Positions 11,333-22,000 of a stretch of 64,000 nt of DNA are shown here, in pieces. The DNA comes from Eledone cirrhosa (taxonomy: Eukaryota). Position numbers and translations under genes: made by a program. The stretch covers positions 133,920,001 through 133,984,000 of the forward strand of contig OZ024744.1 in assembly GCA_964016885.1 (NCBI GenBank). The letters are read 5' to 3'. The notes under the pieces were generated by a model. The model saw only the letters and a list, made by a program, of their open reading frames with translations, was not told the DNA's origin and did no database searches. How positions within the stretch are numbered: position 1 is the first letter of the stretch; the number at the start of each line of letters is the position of its first letter.

Positions 11333-14300
11333 TAAGTCGGGGTTAAGTTAAGTTGGCGTTAAGTTAAGTTAGGCTTAACTTAAGTTGGGGTTCAGTTAAG
11401 TTGGGGGTAAGTTAAGTTGGGGGTAAGTTAAGTTGGGGTTAAGTTAAGTTGCGGTTAAGTTGGGGTTAAGTTAAGTTAGGGTTAAGTTAAGTTGGGGTTG
11501 AGTTAAGTTGGGGTTAATTAAGTGGTGGTTATGTTAAGTTGGGGTTAAGTTAAGTTGGGGTTAATTTAAATTGGGGTTAAGTTAACTTTGTGGTTAAGTT
11601 AAGTTGGGGTTAAGTTAAGTTGGGGTTAAGTTGGGGTTGAGTTAAGTTGGGGTTGAGTGAAGTTGGGGTTAAGTTAAGTTAAGTTGGGGTTAAGTTAAGT
11701 CGGGGTTAAGTTAAGTTGTGGTTGATTTAAGTTGGGGTTAATTTAAGTTGGGGCTAAGTTAATTTGTGGTTAAGTTAAGTTGGGGTTAAGTTAAGTTGGG
11801 GTTAAGTTAAGTTGGGGTTGAGTTAAGTTGGGGTTGAGTTAATTTGGGGTTAAGTTAAGTTGGGGTTAATTTAAGTTGGGTTTAAGTTAATTTGGGTTTA
11901 AATTAAGTTGGGGTTAAATTAAGTTGGGGTTAAGTTAAGTTGGGGGTAAGTTAAGTTGGGGGCAAGTTAAGTTGGGGTTAATTTAAGTTGGGGTTAAATT
12001 AAGTTGGGATTACGTTAAGTTGGTGTTAAGTTAAGTTGGGGTTAATTTAAGTTGGGGTTAATTAAGTTGGGGTTAAGTTAAGTTGGGGTTAAGTTAAGTT
12101 GGGGTTAATTTAAGTTGGGGTTGATTTAAGTTGGGGTTAAGTTAAGTTGGGGTTATATTAAGTTGGGGTTAAGTTAAGTTGGGGTTCAGTTAAGTTGGGG
12201 ATAAGTTAAGTTGGGGTTAAGTTAAGTTGGGGCTAAGTTAAGTTGGGGCTGAGTTAAGTTGGGGCTGAGTTAAGTTGGGGTTAAGTTAAGTTGGGGTTGA
12301 GTTAAGTTGGGGTTAAGTTAAGTTGGGGTCAAGTTAAGTTGGGGTTAAGTTGGGGTTAAGTTAAGTTAGGTTTAAGTTAAGTTGGGGTTAAGTTAAGTTG
12401 GGGTTACGTTAAGTTGGTGTTAAGTTAAGTTGGGGTTAATTTAAGTTGGGGTTAATTAAGTTGGGGTTAAGTTAAGTTGGGGTTAAGTTAAGTTGGGGTT
12501 AATTTAAGTTGGGGTTGAGTTAAGTTGGGGTTAAGTTAAGTTGGGGTTATATTAAGTTGGGGTTAAGTTAAGTTGGGGTTCAGTTAAGTTGGGGATAAGT
12601 TAAGTTGGGGTTAAGTTAAGTTGGGGTTAAGTTAAGTTGGGGTTAAGTTAAGTTGGTGTTAAGTTAAGTTGGGGCTAAGTTAAGTTGGGGCTGAGTTAAG
12701 TTGGGGCTGAGTTAAGTTGGGGTTAAGTTAAGTTGGGGTTGAGTTAAGTTGGGGTTAAGTTAAGTTGGGGTCAAGTTAAGTTGGGGTTAAGTTGGGGTTA
12801 AGTTAAGTTAGGTTTAAGTTAAGTTGGGGTTAAGTTAAGTTGGGGTTAAGTTAAGTTGGGGTTAAGTTAAGTTGGGGTTAAGTTAATTTGTGGTTAAGTT
12901 AAGTTGGGGTTAAGTTAAGTTGGGGTTAAGTTAAGTTGGGGTTAAATTAAGTTGGGGTTAAATTAAGTTGGGGTTAAGTTAAGTTGGGGTTAAGTTAAGT
13001 TGGGGATAAGTTAAGTTGGGGATAATTTAAGTTGGGGTTAAGTTAAGTTGGGTTTAAGTTAAGTTGGGGTTAAGTTAAGTTGGGGATAAGTTAAGTTGGG
13101 GTTAAGTTAAGTTGGGGTTAAGTTAAGTTGGGGCTGAGTTAAGTTGGGGTTAAGTTAAGTTGGGGTTAAGTTAAGTTGGTGTTAATTTAAGTTGGGGTTT
13201 ATTTAAGTTGGGGTTACGTTAAGTTGGTGTTAAGTTAAGTTGGGGTTAATTTAAGTTGGGGTTAATTAAGTTGGGGATAAGTTAAGTTGGGGTTAAGTTA
13301 AGATGGGGTTAATTTAAGTTGGGATTGAGTTAAGTTGGGGTTAAGTTAAGTTGGGGTTATATTAAGTTGGGGTTAAGTTAAGTTGGGGTTAAGTTAAGTT
13401 GGGGTTAAGTTAAGTTGGGGTTAAGTTAAGTTGGTGTTAAGTTAAGTTGGGGCTAAGTTAAGTTGGGGCTGAGTTAAGTTGGGGCTGAGTTAAGTTGGGG
13501 TTAAGTTAAGTTGGGGTTGAGTTAAGTTGGGGTTAAGTTAAGTTGGGGTCAAGTTAAGTCGGGGTTAAGTTGGGGTTAAGTTAAGTTAGGGTTAAGTTAA
13601 GTTGGGGTTAAGTTAAGTTGGGGTTAAGTTAAGTTGGGGTTAAGTTAAGTTGGGGTTAAGTTAAGTTGGGGTTAAGTTAATTTGTGGTTAAGTTAAGTTG
13701 GGGTTAAGTTAAGTTGGGGTTAAGTTAACTTGGGGTTAAGTTAAGTCGGGGTTAAGTTAAGTTGGGGTTAAGTTAAGTTGGGGTTAATTTAAGTTGGGGT
13801 TAAGTTAAGTTGGGGTTAAGTTAAGTTGGGGTTAAGTTAAGATGGGGTTAAGTTAAGTTGGGGTTAAGTTAAGTTGAGGTTAAGTTAAGTTGGGGTTAAA
13901 TTAAGTTGGGGTTAAGTTAAGTTGGGGTTAAGTTAAGTTGGGGTTAAGTTAAGTTGGGGATAAGTTAAGTTGGGGATAATTTAAGTTGGGGTTAAGTTAA
14001 GTTGGGTTTAAGTTAAGTTGGGGTTAAGTTAAGTTGGGGTTAAGTTAAGTTGGGGTTAAGTTAAGTTGGGGCTAAGTTAAGTTGGGGCTGAGTTAAGTTG
14101 GGGTTAAGTTAAGTTGGGGTTAAGTTAAGTTGGGGTTAAGTTAAGTTGGGGTTTATTTAAGTTGGGGTTAAATTAAGTTGGGGTTCAGTTAAGTTGGGGT
14201 TAAGATAAGTTGGGGTTAAGATGGGGTTAAATTAAGTTGGGGTTAAGTTAAGTTGGGGTTAAGTTAAGTTGGGGTTAAGTTAAGTTGGGGTTAAGTTAAG

Positions 14301-17300
14301 TCGGGGTTAAGTTAAGTCGGGGTTAAGTTAAGTTAGGGTTCAGTTAAGTTGGGGTTAAGTTAAGTTGGGGTTGAGTTAAGTTGGGGTTGAGTTAAATTGG
14401 AGTTGAGTTAAGTTGGGGTTGAGTTAAGTTGGTTTTGAGTTAAGTTGGGGTTAAGTTAAGTTGGGGTTAAGTTAAGTTGCAGTTAAGTTAAGTTGAGGTT
14501 AAGTTAAGGTGCGGTTAAGTTAAGTTGAGGCTAAGTTAAGTTGGGGCTAAGTTAAGTTGGGGCTAAGTTAAGTTGGGGTTAAGTTATGTTGGGGTTAAGT
14601 TAAGTCGGGGTTAAGTTAAGTTGGGGTTAAGTTAAGTTGAGGTTAATTTAATTTGGGGTTAAGTTAAGTTGGGGTTAAGTTAAGTTGGGGTCAAGTTAAG
14701 TTGGGGTTAAGTTAAGTTGGTTAGTTAAGTTGAGTTTAAGTTAAGTTGGGGTTAATTTAAGTTGGGGTTAAGTTAAGTTGGGGTTAAGTTAAGTTGGGGT
14801 TAAGTTAAGTTGGGGTTAAGTTAAGTCGGGGTTAATTTAAGTCGGGGTTAAGTTAAGTTAGGGTTCAGTTAAGTTGGGGTTAAGTTAAGTTGGGGTTGAG
14901 TTAAGTTGGGGTTGAGTTAAATTGGCGTTGAGTTAAGTTGGGGTTGAGTTAAGTTGGTGTTGAGTTAAGTTGGGGTTAAGTTAAGTTGGGGTTAAGTTAA
15001 GTTGAGGTTAAGTTAAGTTGGGGTTAAATTAAGTTGGGGTTAAGTTAAGTTGGGGTTAAGTTAAGTTGGGGTTAATTTAAGTTGGGGATAAGTTAAGTTG
15101 GGGATAATTTAAGTTGGGGTTAAGTTAAGTTGGGTTTAAGTTAAGTTGGGGTTAAGTTAAGTTGGGGTTAAATTAAGTTGGGGTTAAATTAAGTTGGGGT
15201 TAAGTTAAGTTGGGGTTAAGTTAAGTTGGGGCTAAGTTAAGTTGGGGCTGAGTTAAGTTGGGGTTAAGTTAAGTTGGGGTTAAGTTAAGTTGGGGTTAAG
15301 TTAAGTTGGGGTTTATATAAGTTGGGGTTAAGTTAAGTTGGGGTTCAGTTAAGTTGGGGTTAAGTTAAGTTGGGGTTAAGATAGGGTTAAATTAAGTTGG
15401 GGTTAAGTTAAGTTGGGGTTAAGTTAAGTTGGGGTTAAGTTAAGTTGGGGTTAAGTTAAGTCGGGGTTAAGTTAAGTCGGGGCTAAGTTAAGTTAGGGTT
15501 CAGTTAAGTTGGGGTTAAGTTAAGTTGGGGTTGAGTTAAGTTGGGGTTGAGTTAAATTGGGGTTGAGTTAAGTTGGGGTTGAGTTAAGTTGGTGTTGAGT
15601 TAAGTTGGGGTTAAGTTAAGTTGGGGTTAAGTTAAGTTGCAGTTAAGTTAAGTTGAGGTTAAGTTAAGGTGGGGTTAAGTTAAGTCGGGGTTAAGTTAAG
15701 TTGTGGTTGAGTTAAGTTGGGGTTAATTTAAGTTGGGGCTAAGTTAATTTGTGGTTAAGTTAAGTTGGGGTTAAGTTAAGTTGGGGTTAAGTTAAGTTGG
15801 GGTTGAGTTAAGTTGGGGTTGAGTTAATTTGGGGTTAAGTTAAGTTGGGGTTAATTTAAGTTGGGTTTAAGTTAATTTGGGCTTAAATTAAGTTGGGGTT
15901 AAATTAAGTTGGGGTTAAGTTAAGTTGGGGGTAAGTTAAGTTGGCGGCAAGTTAAGTTGGGGTTAATTTAAGTTGGGGTTAAATTAAGTTGGGGTTACGT
16001 TAAGTTGGTGTTAAGTTAAGTTGGGGTTAATTTAAGTTGGGGTTAATTAAGTTGGGGTTAAGTTAAGTTGGGGTCAAGTTAAGTTGGGGTTAATTTAAGT
16101 TGGGGTTGAGTTAAGTTGGGGTTAAGTTAAGTTGGGGTTATATTAAGTTGGGGTTAAGTTAAGTTGGGGTTCAGTTAAGTTGGGGATAAGTTAAGTTGGG
16201 GTTAAGTTAAGTTGGGGCTAAGTTAAGTTGGGGCTGAGTTAAGTTGGGGCTGAGTTAAGTTGGGGTTAAGTTAAGTTGGGGTTGAGTTAAGTTGGGGTTA
16301 AGTTAAGTTGGGGTCAAGTTAAGTTGGGGTTAAGTTGGGGTTAAGTTAAGTTAGGTTTAAGTTAAGTTGGGGTTAAGTTAAGTTGGGGTTAAGTTAAGTT
16401 GGTTAGTTAAGTTGAGTTTAAGTTAAGTTGGGGTTAATTTAAGTTGGGATTAAGTTAAGTTGGGGTTAAGTTAAGTTGGGGTTAAGTTAAGTTGGGGTTA
16501 AGTTAAGTTGGGGTTAAGTTAAGTCGGGGTTAATTTAAGTCGGGGTTAAGTTAAGTTAGGGTTCAGTTAAGTTGGGGTTAAGTTAAGTTGGGGTTGAGTT
16601 AAGTTGGGGTTGAGTTAAATTGGCGTTGAGTTAAGTTGGGGTTGAGTTAAGTTGGTGTTGAGTTAAGTTGGGGTTAAGTTAAGTTGGGGTTAAGTTAAGT
16701 TGCAGTTAAGTTAAGTTGAGGTTAAGTTAAGGTGGGGTTAAGTTAAGTCGGGGTTAAGTTAAGTTGTGGTTGAGTTAAGTTGGGGTTAATTTAAGTTGGG
16801 GCTAAGTTAATTTGTGGTTAAGTTAAGTTGGGGTTAAGTTAAGTTGGGGTTAAGTTAAGTTGGGGTTGAGTTAAGTTGGGGTTGAGTTAATTTGGGGTTA
16901 AGTTAAGTTGGGGTTAAGTTAAGTTGGGTTTAAGTTAAGTTGGGGTTAAATTAAGTTGGGTTTAAATTAAGGTGGGGTTAAGTTAAGTTGGGGGTAAGTT
17001 AAGTTGGGGGCAAGTTAAGTTGGGGTTAATTTAAGTTGGGGTTAAATTAAGTTGGGGTTACGTTAAGTTGGTGTTAAGTTAAGTTGGGGTTAATTTAAGT
17101 TGGGGTTAATTAAGTTGGGGTTAATTTAAGTTGGGGTTAAGTTAAGTTGGGGTTAATTTAAGTTGGGGTTGAGTTAAGTTGGGGTTCAGTTAAGTTGGGG
17201 ATAAGTTAAGTTGGGGTTAAGTTAAGTTGGGGTTAAGTTAAGTTGGGGTTAAGTTAAGTTGGTGTTAAGTTAAGTTGGGGCTAAGTTAAGTTGGGGCTGA

Positions 17301-18911
17301 GTTAAGTTGGGGCTGAGTTATGTTGGGGTTAAGTTAAGTTGGGGTTAAGTTAAGTTGGGGTTAATTTAAGTTGGGGTTTATTTAAGTTGGGGTTACGTTA
17401 AGTTGGTGTTAAGTTAAGTTGGGGTTAATTTAAGTTGGGGTTAATTAAGTTGGGGTTAAGTTAAGTTGGGGTTAATTTAAGTTGGGGTTGAGTTAAGTTG
17501 GGGTTAAGTTAAGTTGGGGTTATATTAAGTTGGGGTTAAGTTAAGTTGGGGTTCAGTTAAGTTGGGTATAAGTTAAGTTGGGGTTAAGTTAAGTTGGGGT
17601 TAAGTTAAGTTGGGGTTAAGTTAAGTTGGTGTTAAGTTAAGTTGGGGCTAAGTTAAGTTGGGGCTGAGTTAAGTTGGGGCTGAGTTAAGTTGGGGTTAAG
17701 TTGGGGTCAAGTTAAGTTGGGGTTAAGTTGGGGTTAAGTTAAGTTAGGTTTAAGTTAAGTTGGGGTTAAGTTAAGTTGGGGTTAAGTTAAGTTGGGGTTA
17801 AGTTCATTTCTGGTTAAGTTAAGTTGGGGTAAAGTTAAGTTGGGGTTAAGTTAAGTCGGGGTTAAGTTAAGTTGGGGTTAAGTTAAGTTGGGGTTAATTT
17901 AAGTTGGGGTTAAGTTAAGTTGGGGTCAAGTTAAGTTGGGGTTAAGTTGGGGTTAAGTTAAGTTAGGTTTAAGTTAAGTTGGGGTTAAGTTAAGTTGGGG
18001 TTAAGTTAAGTTGGGGTTAAGTTAAGTTGGGGTTAAGTTAAGTTGGGGTTAAGTTAATTTGTGGTTAAGTTAAGTTGGGGTTAAGTTAAGTTGGGGTTAA
18101 GTTAAGTTGGGGTTAAGTTAAGTCGGGGTTAAGTTAAGTTGGGGTTAAGTTAAGTTGGGGTTAATTTAAGTTGGGGTTGAATTAAGTTGGGGTTAAGTTA
18201 AGTTGGGGTTAAATTAAGTTGGGGTTAAGTTAAGTTGGGGTTAAGTCAAGTTGGGGTTAAGTTAAGTTGGGGATAAGTTAAGTTGGGGATAATTTAAGTT
18301 GGGGTTAAGTTAAGTTGGGTTTAAGTTAAGTTGGGGTTAAGTTAAGTTGGGGTTAAGTTAAGTTGGGGTTAAGTTAAGTTGGGGTTAAGTTAAGTTGGGG
18401 TTAAGTTAAGTTGGGGCTAAGTTAAGTTGGGGCTGAGTTAAGTTGGGGTTAAGTTAAGTTGGGCTTAATTTAAGTCGGGGTTAAGTTAAGTTAGGGTTCA
18501 GTTAAGTTGGGGTTAAGTTAAGTTGGGGTTGAGTTAAGTTGGGGTTGAGTTAAATTGGGGTTGAGTTAAGTTGGGGTTGAGTTAAGTTGGTGTTGAATTA
18601 AGTTGGGGTTCAGTTAAGTTGGGGTTAAGTTAAGTTGCAGTTAAGTTAAGTTGAGGTTAAGTTAAGGTGCGGTTAAGTTAAGTTGGGGTTAAGTTAAGTT
18701 GGGGCTAAGTTAAGTTGGGGCTAAGTTAAGTTGGGGCTAAGTTAAGTTGGGGTTAAGTTAAGTTGGGGTTAAGTTAAGTTGGTTAGTTAAGTTGAGTTTA
18801 AGTTAAGTTGGGGTTAATTTAAGTTGGGGTTAAGTTATGTTGGGTTTAAGTTAAGTTGGGGTTAAGTTAAGTTGGGGTTAAGTTAAGTTGGGGTTAAGTT
18901 AAGTTGGGGTT

Positions 18912-19084
18912 AACCCCAACTTAACTTAACCCCAACTTCACTCAACCCCAACGTAACTCAACCCCAACTTAACTTAACCCCAACTTCACTCAACCCCAAC
19001 TTAACTTAACCCCAACTTCACTCAACCCCAACTTCCAACTTGACTTAACCCCAACTTAACTTAGCCCCAACTTATCTTAAGCCC
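18912..19084 (-). repeat. Inverted island, copy 2
   Basis: Same 173-bp block with the same junctions. Carries the variant CTTATCTT (T19075). Confidence 0.97.
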
Positions 19085-22000
19085 TAAGTCGGGGTTAAGT
19101 TAAGTTGGCGTTAAGTTAAGTTAGGCTTAACTTAAGTTGGGGTTCAGTTAAGTTGGGGGTAAGTTAAGTTGGGGGTAAGTTAAGTTGGGGTTAAGTTAAG
19201 TTGCGGTTAAGTTGGGGTTAAGTTAAGTTAGGGTTAAGTTAAGTTGGGGTTGAGTTAAGTTGGGGTTAATTAAGTGGTGGTTATGTTAAGTTGGGGTTAA
19301 GTTAAGTTGGGGTTAATTTAAATTGGGGTTAAGTTAACTTTGTGGTTAAGTTAAGTTGGGGTTAAGTTAAGTTGGGGTTAAGTTGGGGTTGAGTTAAGTT
19401 GGGGTTGAGTGAAGTTGGGGTTAAGTTAAGTTAAGTTGGGGTTAAGTTAAGTCGGGGTTAAGTTAAGTTGTGGTTGATTTAAGTTGGGGTTAATTTAAGT
19501 TGGGGCTAAGTTAATTTGTGGTTAAGTTAAGTTGGGGTTAAGTTAAGTTGGGGATAAGTTAAGTTGGGGTTGAGTTAAGTTGGGGTTGAGTTAATTTGGG
19601 GTTAAGTTAAGTTGGGGTTAATTTAAGTTGGGTTTAAGTTAATTTGGGTTTAAATTAAGTTGGGGTTAAATTAAGTTGGGGTTAAGTTAAGTTGGGGGTA
19701 AGTTAAGTTGGGGGCAAGTTAAGTTGGGGTTAATTTAAGTTGGGGTTAAGTTAAGTTGGGGTTCAGTTAAGTTGGGGATAAGTTAAGTTGGGGTTAAGTT
19801 AAGTTGGGGCTAAGTTAAGTTGGGGCTGAGTTAAGTTGGGGCTGAGTTAAGTTGGGGTTAAGTTAAGTTGGGGTTGAGTTAAGTTGGGGTTAAGTTAAGT
19901 TGGGGTCAAGTTAAGTTGGGGTTAAGTTGGGGTTAAGTTAAGTTAGGTTTAAGTTAAGTTGGGGTTAAGTTAAGTTGGGGTTACGTTAAGTTGGGGTTAA
20001 GTTAAGTTGGGGTTAAGTTAAGTTGGTGTTAAGTTAAGTTGGGGCTAAGTTAAGTTGGGGCTGAGTTAAGTTGGGGTTGAGTTAAGTTGGGGTTAAGTTA
20101 AGTTGGGGTTGAGTTAAGTTGGGGTTAAGTTAAGTTGGGGTCAAGTTAAGTTGGGGTTAAGTTGGGGTTAAGTTAAGTTAGGTTTAAGTTAAGTTGGGGT
20201 TAAGTTAAGTTGGGGTTAAGTTAAGTTGGGGTTAAGTTAATTTGTGGTTAAGTTAAGTTGGGGTTAAGTTAAGTTGGGGTTAAGTTAAGTTGGGGTTAAA
20301 TTAAGTTGGGGTTAAGTTAAGTTGGGGTTAAGTTAAGTTGGGGTTAAGTTAAGTTGGGGATAAGTTAAGTTGGGGATAATTTAAGTTGGGGTTAAGTTAA
20401 GTTGGGTTTAAGTTAAGTTGGGGTTAAGTTAAGTTGGGGATAAGTTAGGTTGGGGTTAAGTTAAGTTGGGGTTAAGTTAAGTTGAGGCTAAGTTAAGTTG
20501 GGGCTGAGTTAAGTTGGGGTTAAGTTAAGTTGGGGTTAAGTTAAGTTGGGGTTAATTTAACTTGGGGTTAATTAAGTTGGGGTTAAGTTAAGTTGGGGTT
20601 AAGTTAAGATGGGGTTAATTTAAGTTGGGATTGAGTTAAGTTGGGGTTAAGTTAAGTTGGGGTTATATTAAGTTGGGGTTAAGTTAAGTTGGGGTTCAGT
20701 TAAGTTGGGGATAAGTTATGTTGGGGTTAAGTTAAGTTGGGGTTAAGTTAAGTTGGGGTTAAGTTAAGTTGGTGTTAAGTTAAGTTGGGGCTAAGTTAAG
20801 TTGGGGCTGAGTTAAGTTGGGGCTGAGTTAAGTTGGGGTTAAGTTAAGTTGGGGTTGAGTTAAGTTGGGGTTAAGTTAAGTTGGGGTCAAGTTAAGTCGG
20901 GGTTAAGTTGGGGTTAAGTTAAGTTAGGGTTAAGTTAAGTTGGGGTTAAGTTAAGTTGGGGTTAAGTTAAGTTGGGGTTAAGTTAAGTTGGGGTTAAGTT
21001 AAGTTGGGGTTAAGTTAATTTGTGGTTAAGTTAAGTTGGGGTTAAGTTAAGTTGGGGTTAAGTTAAGTTGGGGTTAAGTTAAGTCGGGGTTAAGTTAAGT
21101 TGGGGTTAAGTTAAGTTGGGGTTAATTTAAGTTGGGGTTAAGTTAAGTTGGGGTTAAGTTAAGTTGGGGTTAAGTTAAGATGGGGTTAAGTTAAGTTGGG
21201 GTTAAGTTAAGTTGAGGTTAAGTTAAGTTGGGGTTAAATTAAGTTGGGGTTAAGTTAAGTTGGGGTTAAGTTAAGTTGGGGTTAAGTTAAGTTGGGGATA
21301 AGTTAAGTTGGGGATAATTTAAGTTGGGGTTAAGTTAAGTTGGGTTTAAGTTAAGTTGGGGTTAAGTTAAGTTGGGGTTAAGTTAAGTTGGGGTTAAGTT
21401 AAGTTGGCGTTAAGTTAAGTTGGGGCTAAGTTAAGTTGGGGCTGAGTTAAGTTGGGGTTAAGTTAAGTTGGGGTTAAGTTAAGTTGGGGTTAAGTTAAGT
21501 TGGGGTTTATTTAAGTTGGGGTTAAATTAAGTTGGGGTTCAGTTAAGTTGGGGTTAAGATAAGTTGGGGTTAAGATGGGGTTAAATTAAGTTGGGGTTAA
21601 GTTAAGTTGGGGTTAAGTTAAGTTGGGGTTAAGTTAAGTTGGGGTTAAGTTAAGTCGGGGTTAAGTTAAGTCGGGGTTAAGTTAAGTTAGGGTTCAGTTA
21701 AGTTGGGGTTAAGTTAAGTTGGGGTTGAGTTAAGTTGGGGTTGAGTTAAATTGGAGTTGAGTTAAGTTGGGGTTGAGTTAAGTTGGTTTTGAGTTAAGTT
21801 GGGGTTAAGTTAAGTTGGGGTTAAGTTAAGTTGCAGTTAAGTTAAGTTGAGGTTAAGTTAAGGTGCGGTTAAGTTAAGTTGGGGCTAAGTTAAGTTGGGG
21901 CTAAGTTAAGTTGGGGCTAAGTTAAGTTGGGGTTAAGTTAAGTCGGGGTTAAGTTAAGTTGGGGTTAAGTTAAGTTGAGGTTAATTTAATTTGGGGTTAA

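Noticed and set aside
11150-11340. End-to-end telomere fusion scar (G-strand to C-strand orientation, with CCCTAA at 11330-11335)
   Set aside because: The orientation fits, but the C-rich tract is only 173 bp and reverts to the original strand. A fusion should continue in the inverted orientation, and a single CCCTAA is not significant.
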